Notes under the pieces: model-generated
The model's input: only the letters and a program-made list of their open reading frames with translations
Told to the model about the DNA's origin: nothing
The model's database searches: none
Translations under genes and position numbers: made by a program
Part shown: positions 44,228 through 51,694 of the stretch, piece by piece
Layout of the letters: each line of letters opens with the position of its first letter
Position numbering within the stretch: position 1 is the stretch's first letter
Assembly: GCA_039798445.1 (NCBI GenBank)
Contig: JBDKFZ010000009.1
Location: forward strand, 1 to 53,001
Direction: 5' to 3'
Length of the DNA: 53,001 nt
Source: Candidatus Parcubacteria bacterium
GTDB lineage: Bacteria > Patescibacteriota > Minisyncoccia > Phycocordibacterales > EsbW-18

Positions 44228-46660
44228 ATGAAAAAATATTTCCTCGGAACGTTGATTGTTATCTTAAGTATCATCGGACTTACTGCATCGAACAATTCAA
44301 AAACTCTTGCATACGATGAGGGTACTTGTGGTGCTGTGAGTGTTGGTTTTACACGAAACCAACTCCCACTCAATACATATCCTTCCTTTACCATTACAGG
44401 ACCCGGTGGAATCACCATCCCTTCATCTCGCTTTTTCCCTGGGACTGGTGGCTCAACTCTGCAATCAATCCACACAACAGATAGTGGTGCCCCCCTACCT
44501 CCAGGAAGCTATCGTATTAACGCGGAGCCAATGGCGGGAACTTCTCGTCTTGTATTGATTAACGCGGATGATCCTCCAACCTCACTCATACAGTGTCCAT
44601 CGGCAACTTCGATATTGTTCTGGCTTTCATATGAGCCCGCAGCGCCAGATGGTGGACCATCACTCCGCATGAATCCGGCGCCACAAACGGTGCAGGTTGG
44701 CAACATGGTCCTCTTTGGTGCCGAGTATAGTGCCGACGGAGAAGATTGGGGCGATGTCAGTGGACAAGCAACATTCTCTTCCCCACAGGCAGGCACACTT
44801 GTTAGTGATGCAGTATCTCCACACGGAGGAAACTTGAAAGAGATCACGGGGTGGAGTGCGGGTGTCGCGCAAATTAGAGCAACATATGCGGGTCTCACCA
44901 CGTCAACAAACCTCACTGTTACAGCTGGAGCTCCTCCATCTCCTCGCTCACCAGATTGTCAAATGTGGAGCAACCCACAAACGGCAACAGGAGGAACGGT
45001 AACGCTGAACTATACCGTGGGATATTTGCCAACAACCATTACAGTAGCGGCAAGTGATGCCTCCGCTACCCCACCAGGAACGCCAACAGTTGGTGCTCCA
45101 GACCCTACGCGCGTCGACTCTCGGCAAACAGGGAGTGTTGTTACTGGACCGATAACGGAAGATACCACTTTCACCATGACGGTTTCAAACTCGAGGGGTG
45201 ATAACGATTGTAGTGTTGAGGTGCCTTTCGTCGCTGCTCCGGAAGCGGGCCTGAGACTACCTCTTGTTGCAACACTACTTGATCTACCTGATCAAATGGT
45301 TTACCCAGGACCACTAATTGGAACTCAAAATATTCAAGGCGTTGCATATGCAAACGGTGTCTTCGCATTTTCTGGTGCGTGCGGTGGTCCTAGGAATCAA
45401 AATTACTTGAGCTCAAATCCACCGTTTCGACAAGGTGGGGCGCGGTTCTTTAAAGACGACGGTACGTTTATTGTTGAGCGCGATCTTTGTATGGATGGTG
45501 GTTCTAGATTTCAGTCACTATATATGCACGGAGGTGCAGGTTCTCAAATGGTTGCAGACGGTGACAGAGGATTCTTTATGGCAGTTCGCTCGCTTGCAGG
45601 AAGTCATTCAGGAAACACATTTGGATCTGGTGCTGAACATGCAGGATATTACCAAGTTGCAGGCGACAGCATACTTTTTACCCCCTCTTCCAACTTTACT
45701 GTTGGTGGAAACGGTCCTTTCGCGGCGGCTAATGGCAAGGTAATCGCAGAAGTAGACCTTGAAACTCCGGGTGATAGTCGAAGAAATGTGACACTTTCCA
45801 CTCCATCACTTCAGATACTTGCACAGCGAGAAACAGGCTCAATAAGACCTACCCTAGGGTTCGGGGATTACATCATTGGTGCTACAAGTGATTCCCAGAG
45901 TACTTGTAGAGTTCCCTCCCTCTCGCCTTACGGCGTACCAATTGTCTTTAGACCTGAATCCGATGGAGGTATCACTTCGGTACAAGAGCTCACATTGCCC
46001 GATGGTTTGTGCGCAGGAAAGATGACAATTGACTACACATCCTCTCCAAAACGTTTGGCGGTAACATCGTTTGAACGCCAATCAAGTACGTCGTGGAATG
46101 TCACCGACAGAATATTCTTCTTCACCAGCGGCGCAAATGGATTAGAGCCTGCAGGAGAGACAACGATTCCTTCGAGTGTTCTCGCTGACATCAACAGAGC
46201 CTCACACCCAGGCTTCCCCGCTTTTGCAGTTGGTGGATCCTACTTAGTGTTTGCCGGACAGCCGAACGGTGACGAGAGATATTTCACCTTGTGGAATAAT
46301 GGTGAACTTAAGGGTGTTGCACAGGCGCCCCTCCGACGTGATTACGGAACAGCTATTATTGGTGAAGCGGCAACACAACCAACCTACCTCTTCATGACTC
46401 CTCAAGGGAAGATAATGGCAGGAGGTATACGTAATGCATATCTTTTTGATAGCCGTGTATCGCCCGGAACAGTTGTTCCTCCAAACCCGGGGCCTGGTCC
46501 TGGCACGGGCACGACGACTCCTGGTGTTGGGGTTGGTGGAGTCACAGACCTCCTTATTCTTGCTGGAGGGTATCTCAAAGCACTTCAGGCAATCATGGGC
46601 AGTCGGTCGATTTCTACAGAGATGTTTGATAGTCTGCAGTCCAACGGCTTTACTTTCTAG
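44228..46660 (+). CDS. Hypothetical large secreted protein (810 aa) with an Ig-like (Big_2-like) segment
   Basis: Signal/anchor MKKYFLGTLIVILSIIGL. Big_2-like VQVGNMVLFGAEYSADGEDW...IRATYAGLTTSTNLTV. PNPGPGPGTG linker and C-terminal helix. Confidence 0.6.
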   Translation: MKKYFLGTLIVILSIIGLTASNNSKTLAYDEGTCGAVSVGFTRNQLPLNTYPSFTITGPGGITIPSSRFFPGTGGSTLQSIHTTDSGAPLPPGSYRINAEPMAGTSRLVLINADDPPTSLIQCPSATSILFWLSYEPAAPDGGPSLRMNPAPQTVQVGNMVLFGAEYSADGEDWGDVSGQATFSSPQAGTLVSDAVSPHGGNLKEITGWSAGVAQIRATYAGLTTSTNLTVTAGAPPSPRSPDCQMWSNPQTATGGTVTLNYTVGYLPTTITVAASDASATPPGTPTVGAPDPTRVDSRQTGSVVTGPITEDTTFTMTVSNSRGDNDCSVEVPFVAAPEAGLRLPLVATLLDLPDQMVYPGPLIGTQNIQGVAYANGVFAFSGACGGPRNQNYLSSNPPFRQGGARFFKDDGTFIVERDLCMDGGSRFQSLYMHGGAGSQMVADGDRGFFMAVRSLAGSHSGNTFGSGAEHAGYYQVAGDSILFTPSSNFTVGGNGPFAAANGKVIAEVDLETPGDSRRNVTLSTPSLQILAQRETGSIRPTLGFGDYIIGATSDSQSTCRVPSLSPYGVPIVFRPESDGGITSVQELTLPDGLCAGKMTIDYTSSPKRLAVTSFERQSSTSWNVTDRIFFFTSGANGLEPAGETTIPSSVLADINRASHPGFPAFAVGGSYLVFAGQPNGDERYFTLWNNGELKGVAQAPLRRDYGTAIIGEAATQPTYLFMTPQGKIMAGGIRNAYLFDSRVSPGTVVPPNPGPGPGTGTTTPGVGVGGVTDLLILAGGYLKALQAIMGSRSISTEMFDSLQSNGFTF

Positions 46661-46673
46661 TAACGCACAAAAC

Positions 46674-46705
46674 AAAAACAGCTCTGCCACCGCAGAGCTG
46701 TTTTT
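46674..46705. terminator. Bidirectional terminator
   Basis: aaaaacagctctgc cacc gcagagctgttttt. Confidence 0.8.
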
Positions 46706-46724
46706 GTTTTTCTCGTAACGGGTA

Positions 46725-46976
46725 TTACATTCCGCCGTTCACCGGACCTGCCACTACACACTTTTTGCAGCGACATCCGAAGAGCTTCGAGACACCTGCG
46801 AGACCGACAAGGATGTAGATGACTGCTTCGAGCCACATCCAGTTGCCGAACACCAGGTTGACGACGTTCCAGTTCGCATTGAAGAAGTATCCAACACCGA
46901 TGAGACCCCAGTTGAGGGCACCAACGATGAGGAGTATCTTTGCAACCTTCGAACATCCGCACATTCCCATGCTCAT
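46725..46976 (-). CDS. DUF378 family small membrane protein
   Basis: LLIVGALNWGLIGVGYFF...AVIYILVGLAGVSKL. Confidence 0.8.
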   Translation of the reverse strand: MSMGMCGCSKVAKILLIVGALNWGLIGVGYFFNANWNVVNLVFGNWMWLEAVIYILVGLAGVSKLFGCRCKKCVVAGPVNGGM

Positions 46977-47093
46977 ATGTTGTTCTGACTACTTATAAAA
47001 TACCGACAGATACACGCTTCATATTGTACGCGCACTGTGTGCATACGATAGCGGGGCTGTGGATATGAATTAAAAAGATGGCATACTTCCTCC

Positions 47094-47864
47094 ATGCGAA
47101 TCGTCACATGGAACGTCAACGGATTGCGCTCGCTCGACAAGAACGGTCTTTGGGACGCCTTCTTCGAGCTTGCTCCAGACGTCGTCTTCCTTCAAGAAAT
47201 CAAAGCCGAAGAAAGCCAGCTTGCCGACTCGATGAAGAAACCCGCCGGCTATGTCGCCGCCTTCAACTCTTGCCGTGTACGCAAGGGATACAGTGGTGTG
47301 GCGCTTTATTCGACCGTAGCGCCCGATTCAATCAATTTCGACGTCCTCCCAGACGAGTTCAACACTGAAGGCCGTCTCATTGAGGCTATTTTTGGCACTA
47401 CGGCCATGTACGGCATCTATTTCCCCAATGGTGGCAGGGGTGCCGACCGCTTGGACTTTAAACTCCGCTACTACGATGCCTTTTTGGAATATATAGAAAA
47501 AGTACGAAAAACAGGCAAATCCATCATATTTTGTGGTGACATTAATACGGCCCATCACGAAATTGACCTTGCACGACCAAAAGAGAACCAAGAAACAAGC
47601 GGTTTCTTGCCCGAAGAGCGCGAATGGCTCGATGGTGTTGAAAATGCAGGCTATATCGACGCTTTCCGCCACTTCTACCCTACCAAGACAGGCCAATACA
47701 CATATTGGGACCAAATCACTCATGCTCGCGAACGCAATGTTGGCTGGCGCCTCGACTACTTCTTTGTTTCTTCCGACCTAGTTCCAAAGATGAAAGGTTG
47801 TGAGATAGAACCAGGGGTCTACGGATCCGACCACTGTCCAGTAGTCCTGGACATTGAGATTTAA
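47094..47864 (+). CDS. xth: Exodeoxyribonuclease III
   Basis: MRIVTWNVNGLRS, LQEIK, GDINTAH, SDHCPV. Confidence 0.93.
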   Translation: MRIVTWNVNGLRSLDKNGLWDAFFELAPDVVFLQEIKAEESQLADSMKKPAGYVAAFNSCRVRKGYSGVALYSTVAPDSINFDVLPDEFNTEGRLIEAIFGTTAMYGIYFPNGGRGADRLDFKLRYYDAFLEYIEKVRKTGKSIIFCGDINTAHHEIDLARPKENQETSGFLPEEREWLDGVENAGYIDAFRHFYPTKTGQYTYWDQITHARERNVGWRLDYFFVSSDLVPKMKGCEIEPGVYGSDHCPVVLDIEI

Positions 47865-47899
47865 GTTTCCCTTAACGAAACGAGCTGGCGAACGTAGAG

Positions 47900-47944
47900 T
47901 TATCCACTCTTTGTCCTTTACATGTCCTTGATGTCCTTTATACT
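47900..47944 (+). promoter_or_regulatory. Iteron cluster X (3x TGTCCTT[TG]A) with a DnaA-box-like 9-mer and promoter-like TTTACA-16-TATACT
   Basis: ttatccact at 47900-47908. tgtccttta at 47912 and 47932, tgtccttg at 47923. TTTACA at 47917-47922 and TATACT at 47939-47944. No annotated gene lies downstream. Confidence 0.45.
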
Positions 47945-48236
47945 TGTTTCAGAGCCGGAACAAGTCATACAGCACCGTGTTGCCCTACGGCGCTAAACAA
48001 CAACGAAGGGACACCCCTCCCTTCTCTCCTTAACGATCTTGTTCGTCTGGCTAGCTCTTTAGACGAACAATTTCATAGGACGCTCCCCCGTCCACATGGT
48101 CCAGTATCTCGGGCCGCCCCACCACTTTTCGGGGCCGCCAAACAAGCCGCCCTTCGCGCACAACGTGCACAACACAACGTCGCAAAGAGCGGCTTTTCTA
48201 TTGGAAAAACAAATTTAAAAACGGAACAAGCTGTGT

Positions 48237-48316
48237 CCTTCCGAGGAGACTACGGAGCGCGACTGGCGCGAGTCGAGCGGCGAGCTAGCAAGCGAGACCG
48301 CGTGCTCCTCGGAAGG
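48237..48316 (-). repeat. GC-rich hairpin repeat, copy B (50-nt core 48253-48302)
   Basis: The core is the exact reverse complement of 14751-14800. It is closed by a perfect 12-bp stem, ccttccgaggag/ctcctcggaagg, and sits 19 nt after the cca stop codon. Confidence 0.85.
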
Positions 48317-48335
48317 AGCCGGCGAGTGACGTAGT

Positions 48336-49799
48336 TTACTCCACGTGATACTTCGATCGAATCTTCCCTATTTCTTCTGCTTCAATAGCTTCGCGCGCTT
48401 CTTTTGCGGCTTCTCCTAATTTTTTAAGTTCTGGTTCAGGTAGTGTGGCGAGTTCTTGTGCGCGTGCGATGAGAATCTCCGAGGTGTTCTGTGCAGGATC
48501 ATCCAACACAATCTCAAGAAGTGCATTAAGAATCCACCCAATACGTCGTCCGGGTTTCTCCTCAAGTTTTTCCATGATGTCGGCCCCCTTCACAGCAAGC
48601 ATGCCGACTGATACCGGATCGCGAAGCACTTCTTCGATCATTGCTTTGTATTTGCGCAAACGGTATGGCTGTTCTTTTGGTCGTCCGGTGCCGATGCGGT
48701 CGCACACGCGCAAGAGCAAAATATTCTCCACGTTATCGGTCCCCACATTGCTGATGAGACGACGCACAGCCGAGTGTGTAATCTGTTCTGTGTCAGAGAA
48801 GAACATGTGCCAGCGCACGAGCTTTACTACCGTCTCAATGACGTCGTTACCGTATCGCAATTCGCGCAAGCGGCGCTTGGCTATTTTGGCACCCACCATA
48901 TCGTGGCCGTGGAACGACCAGTCATCGTTTTTATCATTGAAAGCTTTTGTTGCAGGCTTGCCGATATCGTGGAAGAGCGCAGCAAGTCGCACCTCGAGCG
49001 TCGCATCCTTGTCTGCAGCGGCCTGGAGCGTGCGTACGATGTGTTCAAACACCGGATATGTGTGCGCCTGATTCTGCTTCACGTTGACCCCTTCCTCGAG
49101 CTCGGGGACGATGTGTTTCAAGATGCCGAGTTCGTAGAACATCTCAATACCTTTGCGCGGACGGGGCGACATGATGAGTTTGGTGAATTCATCACCAATG
49201 CGCTCGAGAGCAATATCCTTGAGTGTGTCGCCAAACTCCTTGATGGCAGCCTCAGTGGCCTTGTCGAGCTCAAAATCGAGCTCTGCGGAGAATCGTACGG
49301 CGCGCATGATGCGCAACGCATCCTCGGCAAATCGCTCGCGCGCCTCCCCTACCGTGCGGATGATTTTGTTTTCGATATCTTTTGCTCCTTTGTGCGGATC
49401 GGAGAAATTACCCGAGAGTGGGTCGTATGCAATCGCATTCATCGTAAAGTCGCGACGCTTGAGATCGTCAGAAAGATTCTTTGCAAATGTCACCGTGTCC
49501 GGGTGGCGCTTGTCTGAGTACTTTCCTTCGATGCGATACGGTGTCACTTCAATCACCTTGAGCTTGGGGTCGGTTGTTTCGTCATTCACTACCCCAACGG
49601 TCCCGTAGTCATTTTCATAAAAGGTATTCGGAAAGATTCTAACGATATCCTCAGGGGTCGCATTGGTCGTCACGTCCCAGTCCTTGGGCGTGCGGTGCAT
49701 GAGAATGTCGCGCACACAGCCACCCACGAGATGGGCTTCAAACCCTTCGTGCTGCAAAAGTGCCACAACAGCAATCGCCTCTTTGGGGACGTCATTCAT
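48336..49799 (-). CDS. cca: CCA-adding enzyme / tRNA nucleotidyltransferase with HD domain
   Basis: LVGGCVRDILM...DWDVTT, and HDIGK in the HD domain. Confidence 0.85.
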   Translation of the reverse strand: MNDVPKEAIAVVALLQHEGFEAHLVGGCVRDILMHRTPKDWDVTTNATPEDIVRIFPNTFYENDYGTVGVVNDETTDPKLKVIEVTPYRIEGKYSDKRHPDTVTFAKNLSDDLKRRDFTMNAIAYDPLSGNFSDPHKGAKDIENKIIRTVGEARERFAEDALRIMRAVRFSAELDFELDKATEAAIKEFGDTLKDIALERIGDEFTKLIMSPRPRKGIEMFYELGILKHIVPELEEGVNVKQNQAHTYPVFEHIVRTLQAAADKDATLEVRLAALFHDIGKPATKAFNDKNDDWSFHGHDMVGAKIAKRRLRELRYGNDVIETVVKLVRWHMFFSDTEQITHSAVRRLISNVGTDNVENILLLRVCDRIGTGRPKEQPYRLRKYKAMIEEVLRDPVSVGMLAVKGADIMEKLEEKPGRRIGWILNALLEIVLDDPAQNTSEILIARAQELATLPEPELKKLGEAAKEAREAIEAEEIGKIRSKYHVE

Positions 49800-49845
49800 A
49801 AAGTGAGTATATCCCGTCCGTGGAGGGATAAAAGGGGCTTAACTG

Positions 49846-49916
49846 TGCGGGCAGCGAGAATCGAACTCGCGTCTCGTCCTTGGCAAGGACGTGTTCTACC
49901 ACTAAACCATGCCCGC
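49846..49916 (-). tRNA. tRNA-Gly (anticodon GCC)
   Basis: Hand-folded: acceptor GCGGGCA/TGCCCGC, anticodon arm CGTCC-TTGCCAA-GGACG, T arm GCGAG-TTCGATT-CTCGC. No CCA is encoded. Confidence 0.9.
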
Positions 49917-49926
49917 AACGTGGTGA

Positions 49927-50178
49927 TTATAGCGGGAGTCCGTTGATTTTCAAAGCGAGATCGAGATCTTTCTCAGTTACCTTCCCTGCCGAGTGCGTGG
50001 AGATCGAAAGCGATACCTTGGTGTACGAGATAGAGATATTTGGGTGATGCTTAGCCGTTTCTGCTAAATCGGCTACCTGGTTCACAAAAGCAACGCCTTG
50101 GACAAAGTTTTTGAAGTTGAATTCGCGCCAGATTGCATCCCCTCTTCCATTTAGGTTCCAGTCTTTTGGGATGTTCAT
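49927..50178 (-). CDS. Pterin-4a-carbinolamine dehydratase (PCD/DCoH) family protein
   Basis: 83 aa with FKNFVQGVAFVNQVADLAETAKHHPNISISYTKVSLSISTH. Confidence 0.8.
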   Translation of the reverse strand: MNIPKDWNLNGRGDAIWREFNFKNFVQGVAFVNQVADLAETAKHHPNISISYTKVSLSISTHSAGKVTEKDLDLALKINGLPL

Positions 50179-50333
50179 ATTTGGTTGATTTTATAAGGGG
50201 ATTCGGTCACGGATGATTTTCTGCTGAAAATCTCCGCGACCCCGCCTCGGCCCGTCGGCCTCCGGCTTTCGAATCCCTCCGGTCGCTAAAATAATAGTCG
50301 CTCAATGCTTCGCATCTCGCTCGTTTATTTTAT

Positions 50334-50404
50334 GCTCCCGGAGGGATTCGAACCCCCAATAACAGGTTCGAAGCCTGTCGTGATATCCATTTCACCACGG
50401 GAGC
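50334..50404 (-). tRNA. tRNA-Arg (anticodon TCG)
   Basis: Hand-folded: acceptor GCTCCCG/CGGGAGC, anticodon arm ACAGG-CTTCGAA-CCTGT, T arm GGGGG-TTCGAAT-CCCTC. No CCA is encoded. Confidence 0.88.
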
Positions 50405-50454
50405 GGTGTAGAGCCATCATACGGCATAGAATGCTTTTTAGCACTCCAGGACAA

Positions 50455-50584
50455 TGTCCTTTATCCCCTCTTTATGTCCTTTATGGATAATGGGAGGTAA
50501 TTCACAGAACCCTTGTATCTGTGGATAAAAACGGGGACATGTGTAAAGGACAGGTCTTTTTGAGGGTCTTAGATATAAAGGTCG
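50455..50584. promoter_or_regulatory. Iteron cluster Y (TGTCCTTTA in both orientations) interleaved with DnaA boxes
   Basis: tgtccttta at 50455 and 50475. taaaggaca at 50544 and taaaggtcg at 50576. tatggataa at 50482 (8/9) and a perfect TGTGGATAA at 50520-50528. AT-rich 50588-50622 follows. Confidence 0.5.
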
Positions 50585-50622
50585 CCAAAAAACCCTTATT
50601 TTATAACGATTCATATAAAATA

Positions 50623-51157
50623 GGTTTCACGTGAAACAGTTTCATGTGAAATATGGGCTCCACTCCCTGCTCCCTCCAAGGAGCACCCCCGCCATGGCGG
50701 GGTCCGCTCCGAACCATATGTTTCGAGGTCTTTCCTAAAAGCTAATCGCCAATTGCTAATTGCTATCATGCTAACCCCCAAACGACGATTCGGCGATCTT
50801 GGCGAGCTTTTGGCGGCTCGGTTTCTCATGAAACATGGTTTTTCCATAATAGAGAAGAACTATTGGAAGCCATGGGGAGAGATTGATATCGTTGCCGAAC
50901 GTCTAGAAGCTGTTCCGGCCAGAGAAACGCTAGAAAATGGCTCTAAATCGAAGATGTTTCTTGTGAAACCACGATATAAGGAGGTTTCAAGGGTTCTTCA
51001 CTTTGTTGAGGTAAAGACAGTTTCATGTGTAACGGATAGGGAAGGTGTTTCACGTGAAAACATTAGACCTGAGGAAAACATGCATTATCACAAGATGCGG
51101 CGCTTTTCACGGGCCGTTCAGACCTATATGGAAGAGAGGCGTGTTTCTTGTGAAACT
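50623..51157. promoter_or_regulatory. Array of six parS-like sites (consensus TGTTTCACGTGAAACA)
   Basis: 50623 GGTTTCACGTGAAACA (15/16), 50638 (13/16), 50955 (13/16), 51019 (12/16), 51046 TGTTTCACGTGAAAAC (14/16), 51142 (13/16). Confidence 0.75.
50736..50759 (+). promoter_or_regulatory. Shared leader/promoter element TAAAAGYTAATCGCCAATYGCTAA, copy 2
   Basis: 22/24 identical to 14860-14883. It ends 8 nt before the yraN ATG. Confidence 0.5.
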
Positions 51158-51241
51158 CCCTTTCAGGTCGATTTGGTGACCGTCAGGATCGACTACAGGA
51201 AAAGGGTGGGTAGGGTAGAGATGCTCGAGAAGATTTTCTGA
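50768..51241 (+). CDS. yraN: YraN (UPF0102) family endonuclease-like protein with an internal insertion
   Basis: FGDLGELLAARFLMKHGFSIIEKNYWKPWGEIDIVAE...LHFVEVKT...VDLVTV. About 30 extra residues lie between the GEIDIV and FVEVK blocks. Carries 4 parS-like sites. Confidence 0.75.
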   Translation: MLTPKRRFGDLGELLAARFLMKHGFSIIEKNYWKPWGEIDIVAERLEAVPARETLENGSKSKMFLVKPRYKEVSRVLHFVEVKTVSCVTDREGVSRENIRPEENMHYHKMRRFSRAVQTYMEERRVSCETPFQVDLVTVRIDYRKRVGRVEMLEKIF

Positions 51242-51247
51242 CAAATG

Positions 51248-51276
51248 AAAACCCCCAACGGAATGTTGGGGGTTCT
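51248..51276. terminator. Bidirectional terminator
   Basis: aaaacccccaac ggaat gttgggggtt. Confidence 0.7.
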
Positions 51277-51307
51277 TCGCAGCGGAGGCTGCGAAATATC
51301 GAGGAGA

Positions 51308-51583
51308 CTACTTCGTGCTGCGGGGGTCGGTCCAATCGGGATCGATCCACTTGAGCATGCTCTTCCGGGTGGCCGTGATGGCGTTGGCCTTCTGCATCTT
51401 CTTCAGGCAGGTGGGGCAGGTCAGGGTGTGGACCATGAAGCTCAAGTTCCACTCGTCCTTTTCCATCGAGGAAAGAAGCTTTCCCTCCTCCTCACACTTT
51501 TCGACGGCTTCGCAGTCATCCGCGTAGGGCTTGGTGCCATCCGCAAGCTTGCTGAGGAACAGTTCTTCGGAACAGTAGGACAT
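51308..51583 (-). CDS. Small cytoplasmic HxxxCxxC (zf-HC2/ZAS-like) protein, paralogue 1 (91 aa)
   Basis: AGGAG RBS (caaaggagactatATG). MSYC...DDCEAV...MVHTLTCPTCLKKMQKANAITATRKSML. Very high GC3. Confidence 0.65.
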   Translation of the reverse strand: MSYCSEELFLSKLADGTKPYADDCEAVEKCEEEGKLLSSMEKDEWNLSFMVHTLTCPTCLKKMQKANAITATRKSMLKWIDPDWTDPRSTK

Positions 51584-51660
51584 ATAGTCTCCTTTGAAAG
51601 AACATCGTTTTCTGTTTCGTCCTTTCGGACTCATCAGCAGAGATACACATCTCTGGACAG

Positions 51661-51686
51661 TGCCCCGTTCGTTCTTGCGAACGGGG
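51661..51686 (-). terminator. 10-bp hairpin between the two paralogues (no clear U-tract)
   Basis: gccccgttcg ttcttg cgaacggggc. Confidence 0.4.
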
Positions 51687-51694
51687 CGAGGAGA

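Noticed and set aside
47876-48334. 153-codon stop-free frame across the xth-cca gap.
   Set aside because: There is no ATG/GTG/TTG for the first ~118 codons, and it reads through the GC-rich repeat. By my rough estimate, about 3 stop-free runs of this length are expected by chance in the window.
50262-50287. Extra tRNA gene on the plus strand next to tRNA-Arg.
   Set aside because: A T-loop-like TTCGAAT is present, but no T-stem, anticodon arm or D-arm can be formed. It is a fragment at most.
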